From NCBI GenBank assembly GCA_010015585.1, contig ML975153.1: a DNA stretch of 64,000 bases; one strand, 5' to 3'. The DNA comes from Eremomyces bilateralis CBS 781.70 (Eukaryota). Made by a program: the position numbers and the translations under genes. Numbering within the stretch: the first letter of the stretch is position 1; every line of letters begins with the position of its first letter. Shown piece after piece: positions 45,455-58,628 of the stretch. Below the pieces are notes generated by a model. It did no database searches and was not told the DNA's origin. It worked only from the letters and a program-made list of their open reading frames with translations.

Positions 45455-46343
45455 TACCTGCACATAAAAAATCGGCAGTTGACACATAATTACACCACAT
45501 GCCAGCCGGTCATGGAAGTTTGCCTCTCCAGGGGTTGCTGTCCGCATCAGCTCACTCTATCGAAATGATACATAGATCGCGGAGGCACTATCAAACTCGG
45601 TCCAGAATGGCATCTTGCTTGATTCCGTCATTCACCAGCTATTCGACACTTGCTGCATTTCAATTAATCCAGACGTACGTTGTATACCTATTTATGGAGG
45701 TTGTAGCTAATGTTCTATCGCAGGAGAACTACAAGGTCGTAGCCTTTAGGCCTAACATCAGAGGCATTGGTAGCTATCAGCTTGATCAGGAGTATTTTGC
45801 TCGTCCTAATGCACCTCTTGATTCGCTTCTACGGTGACATTTCAAACAGGCAGTCTTAGCAAACATGAGGAATGAGGGGGAGCCGATATTTGAGCACGAT
45901 TTCCCGCCTGGTTCCAATATTATTGGAAATATACTCCATGGTCCAAAGGCAGCTGGGAGAATGGAGTCTGAGCTATCTGGCCGCCTTGGTGCTCAAACGG
46001 AGTTATTCCCCTGAGCGCCTTGCCATTACACCGAACAACTCTTAAGTTGTTCCCATCTCCCCAGCAGTATGAAAGAACATCGCTACTCTCAATGAGGCGT
46101 GGACAAGTTCAAAGTTTATGGGAAGCGATTGTCTGTCATTCGGGAACGAAAGAAAACGACACTCACCGGGCGCCAAGGGTTGATAGCGATAACGGCGATC
46201 ATATTTCGTAAATTTCCAGATTAGACCATGATCGATTCTTTCTATCGTCAGCACGAGACGCGTAACAACCCAATGGGAGCCGAGAGAAAGTGCATGAAGA
46301 ACTTCACAAAGCTGATATGAAAGGCCAAAACAGACATGGCGCT

Positions 46344-46388
46344 TAATGGATAACAGGCTAATGGAAAACAGGTTAATGGACAACAGCA
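46344..46388. repeat. Three tandem 15-bp units TAATGGAnAACAG
   Basis: taatggataacaggc taatggaaaacaggt taatggacaacagca. Confidence 0.8.
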
Positions 46389-46664
46389 GTTCCTATCTAC
46401 AACATCAGGACATCACGGCGACCAGAGTCTCTTCAGAGGGAGGTATATGGATGGAGGAGAGGGGAGGGAAAGGGGAAAGGCTGTGACGCGAATATCACGA
46501 TGGAGGGGAAAGAGTTAAGTGGACCATAGACGCCCACAGTGCAATAAGTTTTTTGAGACCATCAAGGTCAATATCCATGGCATATCGTACTCTAGGTGAA
46601 CCAGGATCAAAATAATTTCTGTCCTACGCCTTGTTTTGTGAACCCTCCCAAAAAATCCTTCAAG

Positions 46665-47699
46665 ATGGCCGAAACCCTCGAAAAAACCGCTGGCGACACC
46701 GTGTCCAAGCTTCGCGCCGTCCTCACCTCCGAATCCCAGCCCCTCGCCCACCGATTCCGCGCCCTCTTCTCCCTCAAGCACGTCGCCTCGCAACACCCTC
46801 CCACACCCCAGACACGCCCCGCAATCGACGCGATCGCCGCAGCGTTCGCTTCGCCCTCCGCTCTACTCAAACATGAACTCGCATACTGCCTGGGCCAAAC
46901 GCGGAATCAGGCCGCGGTGGCGTATCTGGACCAGGTGCTGCGGGATGTGACGGAGGATGCGATGTGTCGACACGAGGCGGCGGAGGCGTTGGGGGCAATT
47001 GGGGATGTGGAGAGTTTGGGGGTGCTGAGGGAATTCCGGGATAAGGAAGGGGAAGAAGTGGTGGTCACGGAGACGTGCGACATTGCGGTGGGGAGGATCG
47101 AATGGGAGACGTCGGAAGAGGGGAGAAAAGAAAAGCTAAAGGCTAGGTGAGTTCATGCTAACCAATTTTTTTTATTTGTGTATCTGATTTGTTTTTCCAG
47201 CGATTTTGCCTCAATAGACCCGGCGCCACCAGTCCCGATGGCCACAACACAACCCGAAATCAACGAGCTAGAATCCCGTCTACTAGACCGAAACTGTCCG
47301 CTCTTCGAACGTTACCGCGCTATGTTCGCCCTGCGCGACCTCGCATCCCCGCCTGACCTCCCGACGGCCGTTCCCGCCGTCCACGCGCTCGCCAAAGGTT
47401 TCACGGATGGATCAGCGTTATTCCGGCACGAGATCGCGTTTGTCTTCGGGCAGCTCTCGCACCCGGCGTCAATACCGAGCCTGGTGGAGGCGCTAAGCAA
47501 CACGAAGGAGGCAAGTATGGTTCGACATGAGGCTGCGGAGGCACTCGGCAGTTTAGGGGAGGAAGAAGGGGTGGAGGATGTGTTGAGGCGTTTCTTGGAC
47601 GATGAGGAGCAGGTGGTGAGGGAGAGCTGTGTGGTTGCCTTAGATATGGCGGAATATGAAAGAAGCGGGGAGGCAGAGTATGCGATTGTACCGTCATGA
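46665..47699 (+). CDS. LIA1: Deoxyhypusine hydroxylase
   Basis: RFRALFSLK, LKHELAYCLGQ, CRHEAAEALGA, FRHEIAFVFGQ and VRHEAAEALGS (four HE motifs); intron 47147-47200. Confidence 0.96.
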
Positions 47700-47947
47700 A
47701 CGACAATTGCCCACCCCGTTCTTGTTAGATAAGAGGTAAACCACATGCATGAAAAGAGATATGCGGGTCCGTATCCAAGGTTGCCTTCCGGCACATTCTG
47801 CTTTGTGCCCAAACCGTTGTTTGATAGAGATAGACCACCTGCATGAAAGGCATACACGGGTCCGTATCGCAGCGTTGCCTTCCGGCCCATTCTGGATGGG
47901 CCCTTTCGTTTACAATGAAGACAACCCACGCAAATGCAGCGGGGCTT

Positions 47948-48525
47948 TCAATTGTTTGTGTTCCATCTACGTGATAACCCATCAGCTTGGCCCTCAAAAT
48001 TTAGAATTGCGATCCAACTTACGAATGACCGCAATCGCAGTTGTAGAAAATAGTAGACCCTTCGTCCGCGCTTCTCAACTGGACCGTATGATATCGAACC
48101 TGCTCTCTCCCACACTTGTCGCACGTCTCATCAATCAAGGCATCTTGCTGAAGATCGTCTTCGGAGATCTTCTGCACTTCTGATCGCTTGGCTCTTAGCG
48201 CGGAGGGAAACGCTGTGTCTTTCGATCTCGTGATGATCACTTTTGCTGATGTATCTAGACATGGTCGTCAGCCACGGTTCAACAGAGGCGAATGGTCTGT
48301 AGGATATCGGCTCCCGACGACGGCACCGCGATTATAGGGACAGAAGAATACCGCGAAACAAACACGGGCGAAGAGATCTTCCGCGCTCCCAAGGAGCATA
48401 GGACTCGTACCTTTATTCTTCGTTCCGCAGACGCCACAGTCGAGGACACTGCGCGCGATCTCGGTGCTCTTGTCCAGCAGACTGCCACATGCGGTGCAGA
48501 ACACGCACGATCCGATGGACGTCAT
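47948..48525 (-). CDS. RPA12: RNA polymerase I subunit Rpa12 (3 exons)
   Basis: MTSIGSCVFCTACGSLLD…CGVCG / …FPSALRAKRS…CDKCG…QLRSADEGSTIFYNCDCGH / SWNTNN*. Confidence 0.94.
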
Positions 48526-49648
48526 CTCGCCTCTGTTGCGCACGGCAATTCCTTGCTCTGGTTGTGATGCGTCTGTTTCTGTTAACACAGTCGGAAAAAG
48601 TTTGGGATAATTTGTTGCTGTCACAGTCCGCAGGGATTGTCATCTCGGCGACGTTAAATCTTGCGGGGGTCCCTCGTCGATCTAAACCCGTTGTGGCGCA
48701 GATCCCCGTTTTATCTCGACGTCGCCAGTTTAATCCGGCTCCTCTGCTATTTCTTTGTTTCTTCCTCTTCCTCTCTCTTCTTCTCCTCGTCACATCTTTA
48801 TCTGAAAATATTAGAGATGCGACTTGTCAGGCATGTTGTTGTCCTCAAGGATTCATGGCTCAATATCGGAAGAGACACGCTGTTTGGCGATAATGTATAC
48901 GCTATTGGTTCTCCAAGGAACTCTTGACATATATCCGCAGGCCTCCTTAACATATGGACCCCTTCCTTCTCTCTGAGTCTTTCTCTTGCTGGAGTCTACA
49001 ATGTGTTTCTGTAGTGGGAGTCTTGCTCCAAGTCATCGTCTGTTTTCAAAACTCAATATCGGGGTTATGCGAAAAGAGCATGGATAAAAGCATAATATTT
49101 CGTCCGAAGATGAAGACGATGCTTCCCCTCATCTTCATGTTGGTGTGTTGAGTTCGTCGATAAGTACTACGGTTGCGGTGGAGATGTACGTGGTACGTAC
49201 GGGTACTGCGTCGTACTGTACCAGCACGTGCACTTGCCCCGAGCGACGCCTCATCCCATATCGACTTATTAGATCATCGGAACAGGAATAGCGTAGCCGT
49301 TTGATATCACTTTGTTACGCCTACGCCTTGCTTTATGTGATTCACATATGATCATAAATGCGCTAAGCACAGCACGTCACTTTCAGATGGAATACAGTGA
49401 ACGCCGCCCGCTCATCGTGAGAAGTTGATTTCGCACAACCTTTCTCAACCTTCTACCTTGTGCTCACACCTTCTCTCATCCTCTACCCCTTATTTCTCAC
49501 GCTTCATCATATAGATCGTGTGGAATCTGATCCATTAATTGATATCACTGGGAGATCCACGGCCAGCCCCTGGGCCCTCCCATTATCCGTTCTCTGAAGT
49601 CAGCTCATCTCATCGACGCGCTAACGCTCACAATCCAACCGAACCCAC

Positions 49649-51820
49649 ATGGGGAACGTCATCAGTGCCGCATTAGCGGCGACAACAGCCCCTGCCAATG
49701 GCACTGGGCCATCTATGCCTATGTGGCAGTGGATTCTAATTGAATTTGGGTGAGTGATGCATCAGTGGTGTTCACGAGTTGTGGTTCGCAGTGGACTTGC
49801 GTGAAGCAAAAATCAGTCGACTCAGTCGCAGTTCCGTAACAATGGGCATTCGAATAGTTAACTACGTGTTAGTATCTGCATGGGTGTCTTTATCTCCATT
49901 ATGCAGACAACCGTTCTCAGCCCTGCGATGGAGCCAATTGAGAAGGCCATCCGCGCACGGCCCGGACAACCTGACTGTGCTGCCCTTGCCTACAATCTTG
50001 CCTTTATCGCATTCGCGTCGTTCATGGTCTCTTTGGCGGATGTCTCTGGCCGGCTTTTCATGTACTTCTTGTCTGCTATGCTCTATATCTTTGCGTCCCT
50101 TGCATGCGGAATTGTACGCACAGTTATTCCACTCATGGTACTTCGTGCGCTCCAAGGAATCGGCGGCAGCGGACTTTACGGGATAGGTGCTGTCATCGCG
50201 ACGGAGGTTACTCCTATCAGCATGATCCAGTTCAATAGTGCCTGTTTCGGATTCGCCATTGCGGTTGCTGGTATGACGCCCTCTTTTGAATTGAAGGTGA
50301 TGAACTATACTGACCGAACTCAGGTGTTTGCGGTCCCCTGATTGGTGGTGCCATTGCCAAGCTGAAGTGGAATTGGATCTTCTGGATGAAGTTGGTCTTC
50401 CCACTATTCAATGGCTTCTGTACTGACAGTATCTAGCTGCCTTATCATCACCGTATCCATGACAATGGTCATGTACTCCCTGCCCCGTAATGGTAGGGCG
50501 CGACTTCACCTACAGGTCCCCTTCCGGAGGATTGACTTCTTTGGCCACCTCCTCTTCGCCATCATCTCGGTGCTGCCGATCACTGCCCTTCAACTCATAG
50601 GAATCAATCTCTACACCACCTCAACCCCCGGAGTGACTCTCTTCTCCGTTCTCATGAGCATCGGGGTTGTCTGCTTAGTTGCGTTGGCCTTCTGGGAACG
50701 ATGCCAGACCCAAGTGCAGTCCGGACGATCTACCGCCCTGGTGCCGATGAGTTTCATGCGAAACGGCGCGTTCGCGGCAACTCTCATCGCCATCTTCTTC
50801 AATGGTTGGATCTATTTCGCCATCGTCTTTGGCCTGCCTCTCCGCCTGACTATCGTCAACAAGTTCACGAGCGCGAGAGCAGGGCTCGCCTTGGCGTCGG
50901 TGCTTCCTGCAGTTGCACTTGGATGCATCACGGCGAGCTTATGCTCACGCAAGCTCAATCGCACCACTCTAGTGATGACCCTTGCTGCAGTCCCCGTGCT
51001 CATCGGTACGGCACTACTCACGTGGCTCGGCGATATAGACAGTGTCAGGACTGACCCAATCTCATCCAAAGTGTTGCTCGCGCTCCTCGCCCTGGGATTC
51101 GGGCTTGGACTCACCATCTCCTCCGCCACCCTGGTCGCCAGCTTCGAGAGCGGTCTGTGGGACTACGGCTCTGCCCATGCCCTGCTCGGCCAGCTGCTTG
51201 TTTTCGGCGGCACCTTAGGCGTCGCCGTCAACACAGCCCTCGTGGGCGTCGCCGATCTCAAGCACCAGATCCTGCAGCTCTCCTGGCTCCACGCCTACCG
51301 CACCACGATGATCATCTGCTCGGCGCTCGCCGGCGTAGTTCTGGTGATCATGCTCGTCTCCTCCGCCTTCTGGCCCACCCGCTACCCCTGGGTCTCGAAG
51401 CAGAAATACATCGAGAACCAAATGTCCGCATGGACGACCGCGAACCCGCCTCCTCCTCCGCCCACCGCACCGGCGCCACACACGACCCTACAGCTCGCTC
51501 TGATGCATATCGGGTTTTCCCACCAAGCGCCCGCACCGCCTGCTACATCCGATGTGTCCAATACGGGGTCGGCGCATGATCTCTCGAATCTTCCTCAACC
51601 GGCCGGCAACCAGAAGCAGCCGGAGGGGACCGAAGGCCAGAGCCTGACCAGCGTGTCGAGCCAGACCACCTACGCGACCGGTAGCGAGACCACCTACGCG
51701 ACCAGTAGCGAGACCACCGATACGACTGGTGGCAATACCACCGACGGGGACCGAAGCTATACCGCCCCTAATGACACGAATGGATACCCGCGTCCCATGT
51801 CCGTGTACCAGCTCGTTTGA
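49649..51820 (+). CDS. Divergent MFS transporter of DHA2 (drug:H+ antiporter) type, about 4 exons
   Basis: Many hydrophobic segments; LADVSGR (motif A-like), LRALQGIGGSGLY (motif B), GPLIGGAI…WNWIFWMN and RRIDFFG; Ser/Thr-rich tail with 24-bp repeats. Confidence 0.82.
51659..51746 (+). repeat. Coding 24-bp minisatellite (SQTTYATG SETTYATS SETTDTTG GNTT)
   Basis: agaccacctacgcgacc repeated at 24-bp spacing in the MFS C-terminal tail. Confidence 0.8.
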
Positions 51821-51908
51821 GGGTCACCCACCTGCTCTTTATATGCGATGGATGTACAAGGGCGCGTGAAGGTGTGGGATTGGTGGTTGCGATTGTGGGA
51901 TTGATGGT

Positions 51909-52270
51909 TATGGTGGAGTATGGTGCTGGTGTGATATGGTCGGTCGAGTATGGCGTTCCGGTCTACAGTTCTTACTGAACTGGACTCTTGTACCCGTTGG
52001 CCGTTGCTTTAATGATGGCTTTCAAGAGGATGATGAATTGTGGCTTACGAACTGCTTGGTGAGCAGTGTTCATGGCTAAAATTCAATAATTATGGCGGAG
52101 TTGGCGCTGGTGTGATATGGTTAATGGAGCATGGCGTTCCGGTCCGCAGTTCCTTGCTGAACTGGACTCTTATACCCGTTCACCGTTGCTTCAATTACTT
52201 TCGAGGTGGATGATGAATCGTGGTTCGTGAACTACTTGGTGAGAAGTGTTCATGGCTGAGATTCGACGGA
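51909..52270. repeat. Diverged tandem duplication, period 182 bp, between converging MFS and SUV3 genes
   Basis: Copies start at 51909 and 52091 and share gctggtgtgatatggt, atggcgttccggtc, ctgaactggactctt, tacccgtt, ggatgatgaat, cttggtgag and agtgttcatggct in the same order. Confidence 0.92.
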
Positions 52271-52290
52271 TATGTACAATAATTCCTCCA

Positions 52291-54917
52291 CTACGTGCTA
52301 GTACCAATGCTCTTCCTTTCCTTTTCTTCTACACGTTTATCTTGCTCCGTGTTGAACTTAAACGACCTATAAGCCAACGGTTCACCATCTGCCCCATCAC
52401 GCTGACCTTCCTCATCTCTCGAAGTCTTCGGGTCCGAAACCCCATCCTTCGCCGTCTGATCCAGCAAAGCATTAGCCAGCTCCTGCAAATGCCTCTGCTT
52501 CTCCTCCCACCGCTCCCGCCCCGTCATCGCCGCCAATGTCCCCAGCGACTTCTCAATCTGCTCCTGCGTCATCTCCTTCGCCTTCACCGCCATTGCCCGC
52601 GCCGTGAACACCCCGTTGAATCGATAACTCAGCCACAGATACAGCACGATCGCCTTATGCAGATCCTCCAGCGCGCTCAGACCCAGCGCCGAGTTCTCCG
52701 GGCCTGGCGTCAGCGCCTCCAGCGGAATCTCCTCCATGTCCGCGATCGTCACCGTGCGTCCTTCCGACACGCAGCGCGCGAGCGCCACGATGATCTTGAT
52801 GAGGAACGGGCTGCGGCCGGCAGGCGCGAGGCTGAAGACCGTGCGGTCGGTGAAGGTCAGGTCGACGGATTCGATGGCGTCGGCGATGGCGAGCTTCTCG
52901 TCGATGTCGCAGAAGTGGAAGACGGAGCTGAGTTGGGAGTGTTCGACCAGCTTGCGATAAATGTAGCTGAACGGGGTCCCCGGTTCGAAGAAGCCGGCAA
53001 AGTCGTGGAGCATCCAGGAAGGGGGTTGGAGGCCGGCGGTTTCGATCGGTTCGGCCTCGCCTTCCATGGCCTCCACGAGGATGGGGTGGTCTTTTTCTAG
53101 GAGGGTGGTTACCCAACCGATGGTTTTCGAATTCTTTGGCGCGACCTTTTCTTCTCTATTGGAATCCGTAGTCTCGCCCAATGGTTCATCATCGGCTGCA
53201 GGCGAAGCATCGATATCATCGATTTTGGCAGAGCCTTCTACTTCGATCGGAATTTCGGCATCCAAGGCGATACTCTCCGGTTCGGGGGTCCCAGTTTTCA
53301 CATCTTGGTTAGCAGCGCGATATCGCCCAGCTCTGCCCGCGATCTGTTTGATCTCGTTGATAAACAGTTGCCGTCGACCTCCCTGATGCTTCTTGGACAG
53401 GGTATGGAAAATCACGCGCTTGATGCTCCTGGAGGGTGTCAGTCGTCATTTGCTCAGGTTTGGAAAAGTCTTACAGGTTAAGCCCCATTCCAACAGCATC
53501 GCTAGCCACAAGATAGTCGTAATCATTGTCCGGGTCATTGAACAGTTTCGCTTGTTGTGCACGAGTCTCAGGGGGCAGTGCGCCATATACGATTGCGACG
53601 TTCTTCCCGGTCAAAATCTGGATTTTACGCTTCAACCTGTGGATCTGCACGACGGAGAAGCAGACCATACAGTCTCCTTTACGCAATTTCTTCAAGTCTC
53701 CATCGAGGCTCTTGGGCGCAACTTTTAAAGGGCTCAGTCGCTTGTATCGGTGAATCTCCAGTTCGTCACCGGTAAACGCCGCCAGCTTCTGGATGATGGG
53801 CAGTGCACGCTCCTCACCACATAAATGCAACTCCCTGGCATCCGCACCGAGAATGATGTCTGTCCAACCACCGCCCCGATAGTCGTCCCCAATCATCTGG
53901 ATCTCATCGACAACCACGACGTCTACGGCCTTTTTCGGCGCCATCTCCACCGTGCAGCTCACCTTGGACACGGACTGGTCGTTGTCCGGGTATCTTCTGT
54001 CGTCGCCGGTTAACAGGGCACATTTCGTGCCTTGCGCATTTAGCCGGGTATACACCTCGTGGGCCAGGAGCCGCAGAGGACCGCAGTAGATTCCCGATTG
54101 CGCCTGCTCGAGCCTCTTCAACGCGTTGTAGGTTTTTCCCGAATTCGTCGGTCCGATGTGTAGAACGATTTTCCTCCGCATGCGACGCGCCCATGCAAAC
54201 CATTCGTTGGGATATCGAAGGTTTGCCGCCTTCGTCACCAACTCCCAGTCGATGCCGGAGTATTGGGACTCGGCATACCATATATAGAATTCGGATCGGA
54301 TCACCTGCTCCAGCGCTTCAGGGGAGTCGGGGGACACCTTTTTCGACATGGCATTCTTTGCGGCGCGGACAATCCGGTCTCTCCGGTTATACCGATCGGA
54401 ATTGGGTGGAGTAAAATCGACCGTCAGGGACCGCCAAAACGCGTTCAACACATTCGGTGAGGCGGGATATGAATCGTGTCGAAGTTTCGCGGACGGTAAC
54501 GGCTTATGCTCGATTTCTATCATGCGCCCGACATAATGCCAGGCATGACCGATGGCAGCGAGCACTCCCGGGGGAATGTTTCCTTGACTTAGGCTGATAA
54601 TGCTCTTATAGTCCTGTGAGCCCGATTAGTATGTTGCAGCGATATAGGAAGAGACGAATCCGTACTGCATCCACCCCATCACCAGGGACATCATCTCCTA
54701 CAGCTCGCTGGGCGGCAATCAGCCGATCCTTGACGAATGACGGCCGATTGATGCCATGTTTTGCCTGACAGGAGGCATCGCCGGTAAATTTTCGAATTAG
54801 ACTCCATCTAGCATTGACGAGACGACGATGAAAGGGGATTGTCGGCGTGAAGGATGAGAGCGAAGAGACTATGGATCTGCCGGCGACGACATGATTCCGT
54901 CGCATGCCCTTTAGCAT
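52291..54917 (-). CDS. SUV3: Mitochondrial ATP-dependent RNA helicase Suv3 (3 exons)
   Basis: HIGPTNSGKT, GPLRLLAHE, CTVEM, DEIQM, YGALPPETR, ASDAVGMGLNL and KQIAGRAGR; Arg-rich N-terminus resembling a presequence; start codon tentative. Confidence 0.94.
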
Positions 54918-55335
54918 GCAGGAAGCTCCCTCCAGGCGCTGGCCGGGATACCAGAAGAATTATGACTCGCGAGGATTAAATGATGGGATAATTGCTATGC
55001 AAATGTGGAGGAAACGAGAGAACCATAGTAGTTACTAGGGAATAAAAAGTTAGATACGGAATGATCTGATACTCGTCAGGGATAGACGACGTCAGGGCTC
55101 CGACACTGGCTGAATCGCACAGACAGCTGCTCCTCCTCCTCATCCCTTCCCACTGTCCCCTCATGCACATGCAACAGGTTCCGAATTTCGAATCCTGCAA
55201 TCAATTACGACTTCTTTAATCAACCGTGTGAGCCCAAGCTATCGGTAAGCATCAAGTGTGACGCCCATATTGGACTCACGGACACGGCACGGAACTGGCT
55301 CGTAACGCCTCGATGAAACCCTCTCCGCGGCCGCC

Positions 55336-57733
55336 ATGAGTGCTTCGATTTTCGATATACAGAGAGAACGTGAGTCATTCGCGGACGGAGTCGAAGGTGT
55401 CGACTAATGGATTGCCAGTTATTCTCGACACCATCCGAAAGAATGCACCGGGAGAGGTAGTTCTCGCCATCCCCCCTCGATCCGAGATGCTAGCTGCTGA
55501 ACGTCACATAGTGGAAAGTCCTCATCCTCGATCAGACCAGCCGGAAGCTGGTCGAGAACGTCGTCAATGAGGACGACATCATCAAAGAAAATGTCTTGAG
55601 TATGCTTGTTGGCTCTGTATTCATGGACGGATCTGATCCGGCGTAGAAATCGAAGACATCGAGGCGCGACGCCAGTCCGACCCTGAGAGCGATGTTATAT
55701 ATATCCTTACCCCCGAGCAGCACATTGTGGACTGTCTTATGGCGGACCTGGAGAAGAGGAGGTACCGGAGAACATTCCTAGTATGGACATCAAGTCAGTG
55801 TGGATGCTCGTACCGACATCGTCAATTGCTCACGAATAGCAGTATTGCCGCCAGAGCAGAGACAGCGTATCGATCGCTCGAGCTCAGGACGAGATCAGAT
55901 TGCCAAACTTGGGATCACGCATCTGGATTTCTATCCTCGAGAGTCACATCTCGTCACATTCCGAGATCCATGGAGCTTTCCGATCCTATATCATCCGAGG
56001 TGCAGCAATTTGGTCCAGAAACACATCTCGGACCTGGCTCAAAAGGTATGATCATGACATTCTTCTCGTTATTATATGCTGACAGTGCTTAAGATTGTCG
56101 GGATCTGTATTGCCCTAGGAGAATACCCTACGATCCGCTACTACAAACCGAAGGATCCCCTCCCTTCGCACGAGGCGCATGTTCTCAGCGACTTCATCGC
56201 CCAAGCGGTCCAAGATGAGATCGATATGTATCGTAAATACCACCAGGACAGCTTTCCACCGGCCACCACTCGTCCCAAAGGCGCACTGTATATCCTCGAC
56301 CGGTCGATGGATCTGTTCTCGCCGTTCCTCCACGAATTCACCTACCAAGCCATGGCGCACGACCTGCTGCCGATCCGCGACGGCGATAAAGTCACGTTCC
56401 GCACACTGATCAACGAAGGGCGACCGGATGCGGAAGAGAAAGAGATGGAGATCGGGGAGAAGGATCAGCTCTGGGTGGAGAACCGGCATCGGCACATGCG
56501 GGACACGCTGGAGAAGCTGATGAGCGATTTCAAGAAGTTCTTAAAGGAGAACCCGCATTTTGCGAATAGCGGCAACGCGAGCAGCCTGAATGCGATCAAG
56601 GATATGCTTGCGGGGCTTCCGCAGTTCCAGGAAATGAAAGATGCGTATACGCTTCACATTAATATGGCCGAGGGCTGCATGGAAATCTTCCAGAAGCACA
56701 AGCTGCCGGAGATCGCGCTCCTAGAACAGGTACGCATCCTTCGAACATTTCTAAGCTCCACACTGATCGTCGTAGACACTCGCAACCGGACTCGACGAAG
56801 ACTATCGCAAACCCAAAGGCCTTGCCGACCAACTCGTCCGCATCGTCGACGAAGCGGACGTCACCCCCGCAGATCGCCTCCGCCTCCTCGCCCTCTTCTC
56901 CATCTACCAAGACGGTCTCATACCCGCCGACCGCAACCGCCTCTTCGCGCACGCCGCCCTCCCTCCTTCCGATGAATCCATCCTCCTCAACCTCTCCCTC
57001 CTCGGCGCCCGTAGCGACCGGCCCCTCGGCACCAAACGCCCCCCCCGCCCGCCAACCCGCCCTTCGCGCTCTCCTCGACGCCCACGTCACCGGCTCCCTT
57101 GACCCCCTCACCTTTCCTTTCGCCAAGCCCCACGAAGCCAACGAGTTCCACGCCCTCACCCAGGAGAACGCCTCCAGCGCCTCCCTCCGCACCACCGAGC
57201 GCGCAAAGCCCACCTGGGCACGCAGCCGCCTCAACTCCGTCGAGCCGCGTCAGCGCGTCGTGGTGTTTATCGCGGGGGGGGCGACGTTCAGCGAGGCGCG
57301 TGCGTGCTACGAGGTGTCGCGTGCGACCGGGCGCGACGTGTATCTTGCGACTAGCCACATGCTCACCCCCGCGCTGTTTCTGAGGCAGTTGGGGGATCTG
57401 TCAAGGGATCGGGCGCAGTTGCGGATCCCGGCGTTGATGCCGCGGCCGAAGGCGCCGGCGCATTTGTTTGAGGAAAGGCCGGCGGTGGGGTCGACGCCGT
57501 CGGGGGGAAGTGGGAGGTCGGGGAGGCCGGTGGGGATGGCGGGAGGGCCAGGACAGGGGTTGCCGATTAGGCCGGGGGCCAGTCGGTCGGTGACGGAGGA
57601 GAGCCAGGCGCCGTCGTCGTCGGCTACTTCGCAGAATGGAGGGGGGAATGAGCGGAATGAGCGGAATGGGGGGAAGTTGACGAAGGATCCGGATCGGAAG
57701 AAGAAGAAGCTCCATTTCTTGTCGAAGAAATAA
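55336..57733 (+). CDS. SEC1: Sec1 (SM family) exocytosis protein, multi-exon, with an apparent frameshift near 57040-57050
   Basis: WKVLILD, DFYPRESHLVTFRDPWSF, LGEYPTIRYY, DRSMDLFSPFLHEFTYQAMAHDLL, RHRHM, DMLAGLPQFQE and QRVVVFIAGGATFSEARACYE. Confidence 0.92.
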
Positions 57734-58043
57734 GTGGAGGGAGGGGGGATCGCTGGCGACGGTGTCTAGGATGGCATTGGATCGCGTGTCTCGTAATGGA
57801 AATGTGATGCGGCACTTATTTATGATGCGGGACGTGACACCGGATAGCCGAATGTATGTCGGGTAGAAGTGCATATTTCACGAAATTTGTTTTCATTGTA
57901 ACGATATCTGAGGATGTTCTCAACCGTACTTCATCCACCGTCTCAGAAAATCGGTATCATTTCTTAGGAAATCTGCATTCACTCTACAGTGATGTCACCA
58001 TCCCTCCGCCCACAGCTCCATCACAACATCCTCCCACATTCTC

Positions 58044-58588
58044 TCACGCCGTTGCCCCCTCCCCATACCCCTTCTGAATCGCCGCCTCCAACGCCTTCGG
58101 ATTCGCGCCCAACACACTGCCAATATTCTCCCCGTTCTTGAACAGCAGAAACGTCGGCATGGCGCGGATGCCCAGCTCGAGGGCGACGTCGGGGACCTCG
58201 TCGACGTCGAGCTTGTAAAAGCGAGCCTCGGGGTAGGCGTCGGAGAACTTCACGACGGTGGGGGCGATCACTTTGCAGGGGCCGCACCAGGTGGCGAAGC
58301 AGTCGAGGACGATGAGGCGGTTAGTTTCGGCGAGGGCTTCGTCCCAGTCGGATTTCCTAGGTGAGGTTAGAGGTGAGTTTTGGGGGGTGAGAATGGGGGT
58401 GATGCTTACTTGGCGAGGTTGTGGACTCCTTGCTTGGTTTCAGACATGGTGAAAAATCGGGGATGGGATAGAGGTTTAGAGAGGTGTTGGATCGTGAGGA
58501 AGGATGGACGTTTGCTGGTTGCAGAGGCTGTTCGGGAGGCAGCGATTAGCGTTCGTCGGATGGCGATGGTGGAGATGGCGGAGTACAT
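58044..58588 (-). CDS. TRX: Thioredoxin with optional 47-aa N-terminal extension (ATGs at 58588 and 58447)
   Basis: Intron 58357-58409; [19 protein letters not shown] active site; FYKLDVDE and IRAMPTF. Confidence 0.95.
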
Positions 58589-58628
58589 GAAAGCGAGGAA
58601 GTAGATGGAAGGAGATGAGGATTGATGG

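Noticed and set aside
55170..55200. TTCGAATCC T-loop-like motif suggesting a tRNA
   Set aside because: No acceptor stem, D-arm or anticodon arm can be built around it.
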